Shown: piece after piece, positions 28,884 through 39,111 of the stretch | Layout: each line of letters opens with the position of its first letter | How positions within the stretch are numbered: position 1 is the first letter of the stretch | Origin: Trueperaceae bacterium | GTDB taxonomy: Bacteria; Deinococcota; Deinococci; Deinococcales; Trueperaceae | Length of the DNA stretch: 64,000 nucleotides | Assembly: GCA_965213705.1 (NCBI GenBank) | Contig: OZ243913.1 | Span: forward strand, 1,344,001-1,408,000 | Direction of reading: 5' to 3' | Position numbers and translations under genes: made by a program | The notes under the pieces: model-generated | What the model saw: the letters and a program-made list of their open reading frames with translations, nothing else | Database searches by the model: none | Told to the model about the DNA's origin: nothing

Positions 28884-29140
28884 ACTGATTCGTACTCTTC
28901 GCAACTCCGCTTTTGGAGCAGAGGAGTAGAGGCTCGGACTTTACTGTTGCCTTTACAGTGGTGTTTGGCAACAGGTACTCGTCTCAATAAAATAAGTCGT
29001 ACGAGTTGTGTGCCAACCCGGCGTAAGTCCGGCAGTACGATTCGGCTTTGGAATTGTTCAAAGATTTCGGTCGAAAGTTCGCGCTCGAGCCGAGACGCTC
29101 GAGCCTGCAGTACCTTTTTACACCGTCTACAACAGCAGAA

Positions 29141-29158
29141 CGCCCGCCGAAGCGGGCG
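29141..29158 (-). terminator. Terminator of hup
   Basis: CGCCCGC-TTCG-GCGGGCG on the minus strand, followed by a T-rich tail. Confidence 0.7.
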
Positions 29159-29181
29159 CACCGTCTTCGTTTCAAACTGGT

Positions 29182-29469
29182 TCAGCTGTTGACGCTGTCT
29201 TTAAGGCTTTTGCCCGCTTTGAACGCTGGGGCCTTGCTGGCGGGAATGGTGATTTTTTCGCTCGTGCCCGGTTTGACGCCGGTCCGCTCCTGGCGCTGCC
29301 GCACCTCAAACGCGCCAAAGCCGGTGATTTGCACCTTGTCACCCCGTTTGAGGTGTTCGGTGATGTGGTCGAACACGGCGTCCACCGCTTGCTTGGTGTC
29401 CTGCTTGCTCATGCCCGTGCTCTCTGAAACCTTGTCGACCAAGTGTCCTTTGTTGACTGTTTCTGCCAT
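29182..29469 (-). CDS. hup: HU family DNA-binding protein
   Basis: GDKVQITGFGAF...RTGVKPGT...IPA..PAFKAGK; GGAGG RBS. Confidence 0.96.
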   Translation of the reverse strand: MAETVNKGHLVDKVSESTGMSKQDTKQAVDAVFDHITEHLKRGDKVQITGFGAFEVRQRQERTGVKPGTSEKITIPASKAPAFKAGKSLKDSVNS

Positions 29470-29676
29470 TTTTTCCTCCTCCGCTGCACCATATCACATA
29501 AACGCCGTTAGCGACGCAAAAAGGGAGTAAAAGACCCCTAGTGAGGTGCGGGCTACGGGCGAACTCAGGACGACCGGACAAAGACGGAACAAAACACAGG
29601 ACGGGCCGACGCGCTTGCCGGCACGACTGCACTTGCCGGCTCACAGCCCAGTATGGCGCAGGGTTTATACTCTCTT

Positions 29677-30429
29677 ATGCAACGTTTACTAGATACCATG
29701 CGCACCCTGCGGGGTCCGGACGGTTGCCCCTGGGACCGCGAACAAACCCACGCCTCGCTGCGCCCCTACTTGTTGGAGGAGGCCGCGGAAGCCGTCGACG
29801 CGCTCGCGTCCGGTGACACGGCCGCCGTGACCGAAGAACTCGGCGACGTGCTTTTACAGGTCGCTTTTCACGCGGTGATTGCCGAAGAAGCCGGAACCTA
29901 CGCCTACGAGGACATAGAAACGGCCATCGTCGCCAAACTGGTGCGGCGGCACCCCCACGTGTTCGGGGACGTGCAGGTCAAAGACGCCGCCGAGGTCGTG
30001 GCGAACTGGCAGACCATCAAGGCTGCGGAAAAAACCCAGCCCCGCCCGGCTGAGAGCGTGCCGCACAGTTTACCCGCCCTGATGCGCGCTTTCGAGTTGG
30101 GGCGCAAGCTCGCTTTAGCCACGCCCTCCCAAACCGACCTCGCGACCCTAGTGGCGGCCGCCCCGACCTCGGCGGAGGATGTGGGCCGACTGCTGCTCGC
30201 GGTGGCGAATTACGCGCGCGGGCTGGGGGTCAACCCGGAGTTGGCCCTGCGCGACGCCCTAACCGAGACGTTGGCAGCCGCCCGGACGGAAGCCGCCCAG
30301 ACAGAAACCGCTCAGCCAGCAACCCCCCAGCCAGCAACCCCCCAGGCAGACGCGCCCACAGACAACCGAACGGACAGCAGAAAAGACGACCGAGCGGAAC
30401 CCGCACTCAAAAGTGCAGGCACGCTCTAA
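29677..30429 (+). CDS. mazG: MazG-family nucleotide pyrophosphohydrolase
   Basis: GCPWDREQT, LEEAAE, EELGDVLLQV, RRHPHVF; second domain degenerate; TATACT-N5-ATG 29677. Confidence 0.9.
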   Translation: MQRLLDTMRTLRGPDGCPWDREQTHASLRPYLLEEAAEAVDALASGDTAAVTEELGDVLLQVAFHAVIAEEAGTYAYEDIETAIVAKLVRRHPHVFGDVQVKDAAEVVANWQTIKAAEKTQPRPAESVPHSLPALMRAFELGRKLALATPSQTDLATLVAAAPTSAEDVGRLLLAVANYARGLGVNPELALRDALTETLAAARTEAAQTETAQPATPQPATPQADAPTDNRTDSRKDDRAEPALKSAGTL

Positions 30430-31003
30430 GGTGCTCGAGCCCGCAGGTTTACGCGCCGTTCTCGCGTCCCGCCCGCAAGAAACCCTGCACATCGAAGGGT
30501 TTCGCCGCGCCGCCGTGCTCGTCCCCTTGTTGCAGGGCGACGCAGGTTTGGAGGTGCTGTTCACGGTGCGCGCCAGCGGTTTGAGCAACCACGCCTCGCA
30601 GATTTCGTTTCCGGGCGGCCGGGTCGACGCCGGTGAAAGCTTGGACGCCGCGGCGCGGCGCGAAACTTTTGAGGAGACGGGTCTCGTCGTGCCCCCCGAG
30701 GCCCTGCTCGGGCATTTGGACGAGCACCCCTCGCCCGCGCGGTACATCGTCACGCCTGTTGTGGCGGCGCTGCCCTGGCCGCAACCCCTCACCCTCAACC
30801 CGGCCGAGGTGTCGGGCACCTTTGCCGCGCCGCTGGACGCACTGCTGGACTTAGAGCCCTACACCGAAGAACGCCAGATGATGCACTACCGCCGCCGCCT
30901 CCACTTTTATCCGTACGGCGACCGGCTTATTTGGGGTTTGACCGGCAACGTTTTAAAAAGCCTGCTCGACCTGTTTCGGGGCGCGGGCGTCGGGGCGGTG
31001 TGA
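30413..31003 (+). CDS. CoA pyrophosphatase-like NUDIX hydrolase (NudL/PCD1 type)
   Basis: AAVL, T.R...L..H.SQISFPGG, RETFEETG, IWGLT. Confidence 0.88.
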   Translation: MQARSKVLEPAGLRAVLASRPQETLHIEGFRRAAVLVPLLQGDAGLEVLFTVRASGLSNHASQISFPGGRVDAGESLDAAARRETFEETGLVVPPEALLGHLDEHPSPARYIVTPVVAALPWPQPLTLNPAEVSGTFAAPLDALLDLEPYTEERQMMHYRRRLHFYPYGDRLIWGLTGNVLKSLLDLFRGAGVGAV

Positions 31004-31096
31004 GGTGCCGGCCGAGCATGGGAGAAAGCAGTTCGGAAAACAGACCGGGCCGGGGGAGAGTCGGGAACGGAGTCTTTTGAGCGCGGGGGGGACTTC

Positions 31097-32572
31097 GTGA
31101 AGCGGCGAGAACTTCGCGTCAAGGGTGACGACACCTCTTACGCGTTTTCGGTCGGGGAAATCGTCGAGTCGTTGCAGGGCGTCGGGGTGCCGACCGACGA
31201 GGCGATTCGCATCGCGCGGACGACCGAAAAGTATTACCGGGGCGAGGGCACCAAAACCGTCAGGTTGGAAAAACTCGTCGACCGCGTCGCCAAAACGTTG
31301 GAAGACGTGGTCTCGGGCGAGGCCGCCGCGCGCTTCCGCGTCCAGACGCCGCCGTTCGTGCCCCTGGAAGTGCAAGCCGACGACAACGCCACACCCTTTT
31401 CAAAACGGGTGCTGGCAAATTCTCTGGAGTCGGTCGGCCTCCGCTTCAAAGAAGCGCGGGCGGTCGCGGGCGAGGTCGAGCAGGGGTTGCGCAGCAAAGG
31501 CTACCGCTTTGTCAACGAACTGGAACTGCGTCACCTCGTGGCGCTGGCGCTGGAGGGCCGTTTCGGCCGCGACGCGCGCATCCGCTACGAGTCGCAGACC
31601 GGCGCGGCGTTCGAAGTCCAGGTCGTCGAGGACGGCGGCCTACGGTTTCCGTTTTCACGGGGCATTTTGGCGCAGTCGATGATGGCGATTGGGCTCGGCC
31701 CCGAGCTGTCTTACACCTTTGCCAAACACCTGGAAAACGTCTTGTTGCACAAGGGGTTGAGCACCGTCGACCGCGACAAGTTGCACGGCGAGGTCAAGGC
31801 GTTTTTGCTTGAAGAAGCCGGGGAAGAGTTTGCGCGCCGCTTCGACCTTATGCGGAACGTGCGCCGCCCGGACAAACCGATTCTGGTTCTCATCGGCGGC
31901 GCGCCGGGGGTGGGTAAGTCGTCCCTGGCGGCCGAACTCGCCTACCGGCTCGGGATTCGCCGGGTGGTGTCGTCCGACGCCGTCCGCGAGGCGTTGCGCT
32001 CACTCATCAGTCCGCAACTCAGCCCGAGCTTGCACCGCTCGAGCTTTACAGCCTGGCGCAGCGACCTGTTGCCGAGCGAGCAAAAAAACGCCAAACCCAA
32101 ACGCAAACGCGTGACCCGCGGTTTTCAAGGCCAAGCCCAACAGCTCAGCACCGCGCTTACCGCGATTGTCGAGCGCAGCGTGGTGGAGGCGGCGTCCGTC
32201 ATCGTCGAAGGTATCCACCTGGTGCCGGGTTTGTTGCCGCTGGACGGGCTCAACGACGCGACCGTGCTCGAGCTGGTTTTGACCGTCACCGACGAAGAAA
32301 AACACCGTAGCCACTTCGCCGCTCGGCAGCTGGAGACCAAAAACAAACGCTCGCAGGTGAGCTATCTGGAGCACTTCGAAGAAATCCGCATGATTCACGA
32401 CTACCTGAGCAAGCGCGCCAAGAGCGAGCACGTCCCGGTCATCGAGGCCAGCAACTTCGACGAGGCCGTCGACAGGGTGATGGAACTCGTCTTGGACGCC
32501 TCGCTCAGCGGGCGCGACGACCCCAAACGCCTCGCCAAACCCGTCGCCGAGGCCGGCGGCCCCAAAGCCTGA
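31097..32572 (+). CDS. ATP-cone repeats fused to a 2-phosphoglycerate-kinase-like P-loop kinase
   Basis: Three (A/P)FS..(I/L)..S...G repeats; GGAPGVGKS, SSDAVRE, IVEGIH. Confidence 0.82.
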   Translation: MKRRELRVKGDDTSYAFSVGEIVESLQGVGVPTDEAIRIARTTEKYYRGEGTKTVRLEKLVDRVAKTLEDVVSGEAAARFRVQTPPFVPLEVQADDNATPFSKRVLANSLESVGLRFKEARAVAGEVEQGLRSKGYRFVNELELRHLVALALEGRFGRDARIRYESQTGAAFEVQVVEDGGLRFPFSRGILAQSMMAIGLGPELSYTFAKHLENVLLHKGLSTVDRDKLHGEVKAFLLEEAGEEFARRFDLMRNVRRPDKPILVLIGGAPGVGKSSLAAELAYRLGIRRVVSSDAVREALRSLISPQLSPSLHRSSFTAWRSDLLPSEQKNAKPKRKRVTRGFQGQAQQLSTALTAIVERSVVEAASVIVEGIHLVPGLLPLDGLNDATVLELVLTVTDEEKHRSHFAARQLETKNKRSQVSYLEHFEEIRMIHDYLSKRAKSEHVPVIEASNFDEAVDRVMELVLDASLSGRDDPKRLAKPVAEAGGPKA

Positions 32573-32747
32573 GGCTCGAGCTGTCGGCGTCGCCCCGCCA
32601 ACAGGTGACGGCCGCTTTTTCAAAGTTACGACAAAGCCCTCCACAACTGCCGAATCCTCACGTCCAACCGGCAAACGAGAAAAATGCCATTCCGGAGCCG
32701 CTGCGCCTTTCGTAGACTGCTTTGCGAGCAACGACTGAGGAGTAGGT

Positions 32748-33794
32748 GTGGCGACAGAAGTGGCGGCTATCGAAACTGAGGGCTTGACCAAACGTTACGG
32801 GTCCCGGCCAGTCGTCAGGGACGTTACGTTTCGGGTCATGCCCGGCGAGGTCTACGCGCTGGTCGGGCCGAACGGGGCGGGCAAGACGACCGTTATCCGG
32901 CTCGTGTCGGGCTTGGCGTTTCCCAGTTCGGGCAGCGTGCGCTTGCTCGGGGTCGACCCGTTCGAAAAGCCTGCGGTGCGCCGTCAGCTCGGCGCGGTGG
33001 TTGAAGCGCCCGCCGCTTTTTACCCGTACTTGAGCGGCCGCGGCAATTTAAAGTTGCACGCGCGGCTGGCCGGTGGGGTGAGCGACAGCCGCATCGGCGA
33101 GGTGCTGGACCTGTTGGAGTTGAGTTACGCCGCCGAGCGCAAAGTCGGTGTTTACAGCCTTGGGATGCGGCAGCGTTTGGGCGTCGCGGCGGCCCTGCTG
33201 ACCCGGCCGGACGTGCTCATTTTGGACGAGCCCGCGAGTGGCATGGACCCCTTAAGTTTGCACCTCGTCCACTCGGTGTTGCGGAACGCTGCGCGCAACG
33301 GGACGGCGGTGTTGCTCTCGACCCATCACTTAGACGAGGTCGTGGCCTACTGCTCGCGGGTCGGCATCGTCGAGGAGGGCGCGCTCATCGACGAGGTGAA
33401 CCTCTCAGAGCGCCGTGACCGCTACCGGCTGCGCGCCGGCGACGCGCGTGCCGCCAAGCTGGCGCTGGAGACGCAGCCCTGTATTTGCCACGTCACGACG
33501 CGCGGCGACGAGGTCGTGTTCGTGTTGGAGGACAAAAACGCCCTGGGCGAGGTGGGCGCGGTCCTGGCCGGGGCTGACGTCCCCTTGTTCGAACTGGGCC
33601 GCGACACCTTCGACCTGCGCGCTTACTACCGCGAACGCTTGCAAGAGCAGCGCACGCGGCCCGTCCCGGCCGACACCCTCTCGGACAGCTTGCCCGCGGC
33701 CGCCCAGACTGACCTTCCCCAGCCGGACGGTCGCCAGCCGGTTGTTCAAAAAGGGGTGCGTTCCGCCGAGGCTGTGGAGGCCCGGGAAACGTGA
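32748..33794 (+). CDS. ABC transporter ATP-binding protein
   Basis: GPNGAGKTT, YSLGMRQRLG, LDEP. Confidence 0.92.
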   Translation: MATEVAAIETEGLTKRYGSRPVVRDVTFRVMPGEVYALVGPNGAGKTTVIRLVSGLAFPSSGSVRLLGVDPFEKPAVRRQLGAVVEAPAAFYPYLSGRGNLKLHARLAGGVSDSRIGEVLDLLELSYAAERKVGVYSLGMRQRLGVAAALLTRPDVLILDEPASGMDPLSLHLVHSVLRNAARNGTAVLLSTHHLDEVVAYCSRVGIVEEGALIDEVNLSERRDRYRLRAGDARAAKLALETQPCICHVTTRGDEVVFVLEDKNALGEVGAVLAGADVPLFELGRDTFDLRAYYRERLQEQRTRPVPADTLSDSLPAAAQTDLPQPDGRQPVVQKGVRSAEAVEARET

Positions 33795-34564
33795 ACCGTC
33801 TCCTGGGTCTTGAATTCAGCAAGCTGTTTCGACTCAGCAGCCTCCGGTTCAGCCTTGTTTTGTTGGCGGTGTTTCCGCTGCTGTGGGCTTACGCGCCGGG
33901 TATTTACAACGTGTACGGCTTTTTTATCGTGTCGGCGTTTCAGGTGCCCGCCCTGAGTTTGCTCTCGAGCATGGAGTTCTTGTTGCCGCTGCTGGTCGCG
34001 ATTGCCAGCGCGGAACTGCTCGGCATCGAAATCGCTTACGGCACGTTGCCGACGGTGCTGTTGCGGCCCGTCACGCGCTCGCAGTGGCTGTTAGCCAAGC
34101 TGCTGGTCGCGGCGGTTTACCCGTTTGTCTTGCTGGCATTTTTTTTCGTGTTTTCGCTGCTGGCCGGGTCACCGCAGGGCTTTGGGGACTTTGTCGGCGG
34201 CACGGGCGTCGGGATAGGCGGCCTGCTCGGCGAGGGCACGATGCCCGCGGGAGCAGCCTGGGGCGAACTCGTGCGGGCTTACTTCGTCGCCGCCACGAGT
34301 TTGGTGCCCATCAGCCTGCTGTCCGTCTTGTTCACGGTCATCTTTATGAACGCCTCGGCAGGCGCCCTGGCGACGCTGGCCGTCCTCATCTTTATGCAAC
34401 TGCTGGTCGTCTTCCCGGTTTTAGGCCCTTACCTGCTGACTTCACAGCTGAACGCTTACGTGTCGCCGGTCGCCGGAACGGGCTGGGTGGTGGCGCTTAT
34501 CGCCCTGTACAGCGCAGTTTTCGCCGCCGTCGCCGTGGTGATTTTCGAGCGCAAAGATTTTTGA
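33791..34564 (+). CDS. ABC-2 type permease
   Basis: About 6 TM helices; E...GTL...L.RPV.R; C-terminal FERKDF; GTGA overlap. Confidence 0.88.
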   Translation: MNRLLGLEFSKLFRLSSLRFSLVLLAVFPLLWAYAPGIYNVYGFFIVSAFQVPALSLLSSMEFLLPLLVAIASAELLGIEIAYGTLPTVLLRPVTRSQWLLAKLLVAAVYPFVLLAFFFVFSLLAGSPQGFGDFVGGTGVGIGGLLGEGTMPAGAAWGELVRAYFVAATSLVPISLLSVLFTVIFMNASAGALATLAVLIFMQLLVVFPVLGPYLLTSQLNAYVSPVAGTGWVVALIALYSAVFAAVAVVIFERKDF

Positions 34565-34855
34565 CCTGCGCAAAAATTTTTGTCCTGGAGCCGGCCCCGA
34601 AGCGAGGTCGGAGCCGGGACGAGTTCGGCGGGTGCGGAACGGCAAACAGGTTGGAACCAGGGGGCAGCGGGCTCAAACTCTACTTTCACTCGCCTCGAAA
34701 TTCTTTTTCCGTGCAGGCCCGAGGCGTTGACCCGGGCAGAACTGTTTGAAGTCTTTCGGGGTGCCGGAGAAGTTCTTAAGGCGTGCTACCAAAGTTTGTA
34801 GCACGCCTTTTTCGAATGCGCACACGTGTTCGTGCAAGCTGGGGTATAAACTTTA

Positions 34856-36046
34856 TTGATTCTGGTGGCACCGGGCTCGAGGAAGGAAGTCAGCTTGCAT
34901 TTCACCAAGGCGCGTACCGCCTCAACCCCCATCCCCAGCCGGCCCGTCCTGCAACGTCCGGCCCTACAAGGCTCGAGCTTGCGCCGCGCTGTCCTGTTTT
35001 TTTGTCTTTGCTGCGGTTTTTGGCTGACGGCCTGGGGAGGAGCCATGTCGTACACGGTTCAGGTGGTGGCGGTTTCAAGCCAAGACCGCGCGCTGGCTTT
35101 GGTGAGCGACCTCACCCGCCAGGGTTACCCCGCTTACCTGCTCACCGTACCTACCCCGCAAGGGCTCGTTTACCGAATTCGCGTAGGCGCGTTCGCCAAC
35201 CGGGACGCCGCCGCGCGCTACGCGGCTGCGCTGCCCGCAACTGGCGACAGTCTCCCAACGCCCGCGCTGGCCGAGAACGTCCCGGCCGGACTGAGTCCGC
35301 TCGCACCTGCCCTGTTGGGGGTTTACCGTCTCGGGGCCGAAACCGTCCGGGTTTTGACCTGGCGAGACGGCGTGGCCTTGCGCGCGCAGGGCCACGCCGC
35401 GCAGCAAGCTTTTTACACCGTGCTGGACGGCGCAGCCGAGCCGCTGAGCTTTGCGGCTTGGCGGGCCGCTCCGCAAGACGACGGCACGGTTTTGCGCGTT
35501 TACAACTTTCCCCTGTGGCCCGACGACTGGCCCACCCTGACGGCGGCGGCCCGAGCGGACTACCGGCAGACGGTGCTCGGCAACCTGGCTCTTCAGTTCG
35601 GGACGAGCGTGGCGACTTTGGAAGCCTTTGTCTTTGACGCGCAACCTACCTCCACGGACGAGTCTCAAGCACCGTTTCTCGTCCTCGCCGAACGTTTCGA
35701 CCCCGCGACCGGTGCTCGGGAACGCCTGAAGGTGTTGGGTCGTCCCGGTACCGTGAGCGCGGCCGGCCCGGCGTTGGACGGTCTGGGCGGTTTCGTGCCC
35801 GACATAGCCGACCCCGCCCCGCTCTACGAAATCGGTTCTGAAGACGGTGGGCCGGCGCAGCAGGACGGCGGCTGGCAGGGTGACGGCTGGCAGGCCGTCG
35901 CCGCCGACGGCTACACCGAACTCTCCACTGCGGGCTCAGGCAAACCCTGGCGCGCCGTCGTCGGTACGCCGCTGTGGGCGCAGCAGGACGTCCTCATCAC
36001 CTTGGACGACCGCGACGTACTCTTTTACAGGTTGCTCGAGCGCTGA
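34856..36046 (+). CDS. SPOR-domain secreted protein (true start probably TTG 34979)
   Basis: Signal-like segment, then YTVQV.A...YRIRVGAF.NR..A SPOR motif. Confidence 0.75.
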   Translation: MILVAPGSRKEVSLHFTKARTASTPIPSRPVLQRPALQGSSLRRAVLFFCLCCGFWLTAWGGAMSYTVQVVAVSSQDRALALVSDLTRQGYPAYLLTVPTPQGLVYRIRVGAFANRDAAARYAAALPATGDSLPTPALAENVPAGLSPLAPALLGVYRLGAETVRVLTWRDGVALRAQGHAAQQAFYTVLDGAAEPLSFAAWRAAPQDDGTVLRVYNFPLWPDDWPTLTAAARADYRQTVLGNLALQFGTSVATLEAFVFDAQPTSTDESQAPFLVLAERFDPATGARERLKVLGRPGTVSAAGPALDGLGGFVPDIADPAPLYEIGSEDGGPAQQDGGWQGDGWQAVAADGYTELSTAGSGKPWRAVVGTPLWAQQDVLITLDDRDVLFYRLLER

Positions 36047-36129
36047 CCCTTCGCAGGGGTGGGTTTCAAACCCACCCCTGCCCCCCGACGAACTCGCCAT
36101 ACGCTGGCCGCCGGCCCTGCGTCCCAGCG

Positions 36130-36969
36130 CTATTTTCCCGTGAAGTCGGCGGCGCGCTTTTCTAAAAAGGCCGTCGTGCCCTCGGTCATGTCTTCGGTCG
36201 TCGCGACGATGCCGAACAGGTCGGCTTCGATTTCCAGACCCTGGTTCAAGGTCACGTCGAGCCCCCGCACGACCGCTTCTTTGGCGAGTCCGAGCGCGAC
36301 GGGCGCGTTTTTAAGGATTTGGGCGGCCAGTTCTTTGGCGGCGGAGAGCGCGTCCGGGGCGACGCGGTTGACGATGCCGAGCTGCAGCGCTTCGTCGGCT
36401 TTGACGTGCCGACCGGTATAAATGAGGTCGAGGGCGCGGCCCATGCCGACGAGCCGCGCCAAACGCTGCGTACCGCCGTAACCGGGGATGAGGCCCAAGC
36501 TGACCTCGGGCAAACCCAAGCGTGCATCCTCGCTCGCCACGCGCAGGTCGGCGGCGAGGGCCAGCTCGAGCCCGCCCCCCAGTGCAAAGCCGTTGACGGC
36601 GGCAATCGTCGGTACGGGCAGCGCGGCGAGGGTGTTCATCACGTCTTGGCCCGCCAAAGAAGCTTCCCGGCCACTAAAGGGGTCGCTCAGTTTTTGCAAG
36701 TTGGCGATGTCCGCCCCGGCGACGAACGCTCGCCCGCTCCCGGTAATGATGAGCGCGCGCACGTTCAGGTCGGCCTCGGCGAGTTCGAACGCCAAGCTCA
36801 GTTCGAACAGCAGGTCGCCGTTGAGCGCGTTGAGCGCGTCGGGCCGGTCGACGGTGACGATAGCCACCCCGTCGTCGACCTCGTAAGTGAGGTAGTTGAA
36901 GTCTTCGGTTAGGTCGTCCATGCTCGGGTTATCCATATCCATTTCGTCACTGTTCGGGTCGTCGCTCAC
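36130..36969 (-). CDS. Enoyl-CoA hydratase
   Basis: AFVAGADI, NGFALGGGLEL, PEV.LG.IPGYGGTQRL. Confidence 0.93.
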   Translation of the reverse strand: MSDDPNSDEMDMDNPSMDDLTEDFNYLTYEVDDGVAIVTVDRPDALNALNGDLLFELSLAFELAEADLNVRALIITGSGRAFVAGADIANLQKLSDPFSGREASLAGQDVMNTLAALPVPTIAAVNGFALGGGLELALAADLRVASEDARLGLPEVSLGLIPGYGGTQRLARLVGMGRALDLIYTGRHVKADEALQLGIVNRVAPDALSAAKELAAQILKNAPVALGLAKEAVVRGLDVTLNQGLEIEADLFGIVATTEDMTEGTTAFLEKRAADFTGK

Positions 36970-37060
36970 ACTGGCTCCTTGTTCACTGAAAAATTCGTGT
37001 TTTGGCGGTTTAGGTCCCGAAAAAGCTGAAAGTCCTCGAGCCTGCGGGCGGGTTGACTTC

Positions 37061-37933
37061 TCACTGTTCGTACTTGTAAAAGCCCTCGCCCGTCTTGCGG
37101 CCGAGCTTGCCCGCGCGCACCATTTGGCGCACCAGCGGGGCGACGCGGAACTTGGAATCTTGAAACTCGTTATAGAGCGATTCCCCGGCGGCCAGCGCCA
37201 CGTCCAAACCGACCAAGTCGGCCAGCGCCAGCGGACCGATGGGCATGTTGGCCCCCAACTTCATCGCCTTGTCGATGTCCTCGGCGCTGGCGACACCCTC
37301 GCCGAGCGCGTGGACGGCGTCGTTCATGTAGGGCACGAGCAGGCGGTTGACGATAAAGCCGGGTTTGTCCGCGCAGACGATGGGCGTCTTGCCCAACCCT
37401 TCGACAAAGCGCGTCATTTTTTGAACGGTCGCGTCGGCGGTGCGCAGCCCACGCACGACCTCGACGAGGGGCAAGACCGGCACCGGGTTGAAAAAGTGTA
37501 AACCGCAAAACCGCTCGGGCTTGCTCACAAAAGAAGCGAGTTCGGTAATGGAGAGGCTCGAGGTGTTGCTCGCCAAAGTCGCCGTGTCCTTGGCGACTTT
37601 GTCCACTTTTCCCCACAGCTCGCGCTTGGCACTCAGGTTTTCAAAAATCGCCTCGACGACCAGGTCGACTTTTTTAAACTGGTCGAGGTCGCCGATAAGG
37701 GTGATGTTGGAAAGTGCGGCGGCCTTGCCGTCCTCGCTCAGCGCGCCTTTTTTGACCACTCGAGCTAAACTCGCTTTGACGGCGGTCATGCCGCGGGTGC
37801 GGGCTTCTTCGCTCACGTCGAAGAGCAACACCTCGTGTCCCGCCGCCGCGCAAGCCTGGGCGATGCCCGCGCCCATCGTTCCCGCACCGGCGACGGCGAC
37901 TTTCATACGTTCCCCTTCGTTGTCAGCCTTCAT
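37061..37933 (-). CDS. 3-hydroxybutyryl/3-hydroxyacyl-CoA dehydrogenase
   Basis: GAGTMGAGIA, SNTSS, HFFNP, PGFIVNR, GRKTG.GFY. Confidence 0.93.
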   Translation of the reverse strand: MKADNEGERMKVAVAGAGTMGAGIAQACAAAGHEVLLFDVSEEARTRGMTAVKASLARVVKKGALSEDGKAAALSNITLIGDLDQFKKVDLVVEAIFENLSAKRELWGKVDKVAKDTATLASNTSSLSITELASFVSKPERFCGLHFFNPVPVLPLVEVVRGLRTADATVQKMTRFVEGLGKTPIVCADKPGFIVNRLLVPYMNDAVHALGEGVASAEDIDKAMKLGANMPIGPLALADLVGLDVALAAGESLYNEFQDSKFRVAPLVRQMVRAGKLGRKTGEGFYKYEQ

Positions 37934-38646
37934 GCTCGTTCCAAACTTAGACCTGCTTGTAAAGCGACTTTGACCATGCTGTCGATTCCTTTCGTCATCA
38001 CGTCGGGCGCGACCACTGCCGGGTCGCCGATGTAGTTCGAGGCGACCAGGGCGGTACCGACCTCGACTTTGCGCAGTTTACCAAGTAAAAACAAGGCCGA
38101 AGACTCCATTTCGACCGCCAGCACGCCGAGTCCGGCAAGCCGTTCGACGTCGTCGGCGGTCGTCGCGTAAAAGGCGTCTTCGGTTTGAATCAGCCCGACG
38201 TGGTGGCGCCGCTCTTCGGCCCGCGCCGCACTCACAAGAGCTTCGGTGACCGCGTACGAGGCCGTGGGCGCGTACGGGGCGTGGTTCAAATACATGCGGG
38301 TCGTGCCGTCGGCAGGAATGGCCGACAAACCCAACACTAGGTCGCCGGGGTTGACGGTAGGGTCGATAATCCCGGCCGTGCCGACGCGAACGAGGGTTTG
38401 TGCACCCAGCTTGACGAGTTCCTCGACGACGATGGCGAGACTCGGGCAGCCCATCCCCGTGGTCTGCACGCTCACCCTTAGCCCCTGGTAGGTACCTGTA
38501 TAGCCGAGAAGTTGGCGGTTGCGGTTGTAAAGCTGCGCGTTTTCAAGAAAAGTCTCGGCGATGAACGTCGTGCGGCCCGGGTCGCCCGGCAGCAGCACGA
38601 AGGGCGCAACCTGGGCCGCCTCGGCGTGAATGTGAAATTGGCTCAT
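37930..38646 (-). CDS. deoD: Purine nucleoside phosphorylase (DeoD type)
   Basis: PGDP.R, TTGMG.PS, RVGTAG, VEME; ATG 38646. Confidence 0.85.
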   Translation of the reverse strand: MSQFHIHAEAAQVAPFVLLPGDPGRTTFIAETFLENAQLYNRNRQLLGYTGTYQGLRVSVQTTGMGCPSLAIVVEELVKLGAQTLVRVGTAGIIDPTVNPGDLVLGLSAIPADGTTRMYLNHAPYAPTASYAVTEALVSAARAEERRHHVGLIQTEDAFYATTADDVERLAGLGVLAVEMESSALFLLGKLRKVEVGTALVASNYIGDPAVVAPDVMTKGIDSMVKVALQAGLSLERA

Positions 38647-38874
38647 AAGCCCTGAGGATAGCGTACCCCTTGCGAACAAACAACTCAGCCTTCGCTCGGC
38701 GAATTGACGACCGTGAGGCCGAGTCGCGGCGCAGACTTTCTACTGAGAAATTTCTACTGAGAAAACGGCCTGCTTCGTGAGCACCCCGGAATGTGACGGA
38801 TGCGCTCACCCGTTTCTCATTCGGCTGTACGCTGTTGTTTAACGAGCAGTCGTTCAACGTTTGAGGAGGCTAAC

Positions 38875-39111
38875 GTGTTTGAATTGTATCTTTTGCCGGT
38901 TGCTGCCTATGTAGGCGTCGTGGTTTACATGGCGCGGTGTTACGGGAAAACCAAGACCCTGCAGTTCCGTGGCGTCCTGAACATTTTGATGTGGCCCCTG
39001 GACCTGGTTTGGCCTTTTCTGGTCGCCGCCGTCGCAGCGCTCGAGCTGTTGCTCGCCACCAGACGTTTCGGCGTTGCGCACGTCGCGCCGCGCAGCACCG
39101 ACCCGGTCTGA
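38875..39111 (+). CDS. Small membrane protein
   Basis: GAGGAGG RBS, GTG start, two hydrophobic segments. Confidence 0.6.
   Translation: MFELYLLPVAAYVGVVVYMARCYGKTKTLQFRGVLNILMWPLDLVWPFLVAAVAALELLLATRRFGVAHVAPRSTDPV

Noticed and set aside
28887..29043. Retron msr-msd because of flanking inverted repeats
   Set aside because: No reverse transcriptase in the window
34625..34690. tRNA-like fragment (GCGGAACGGCAAAC...GGGCTCAAA)
   Set aside because: No acceptor stem, anticodon arm or true TTC loop can be folded
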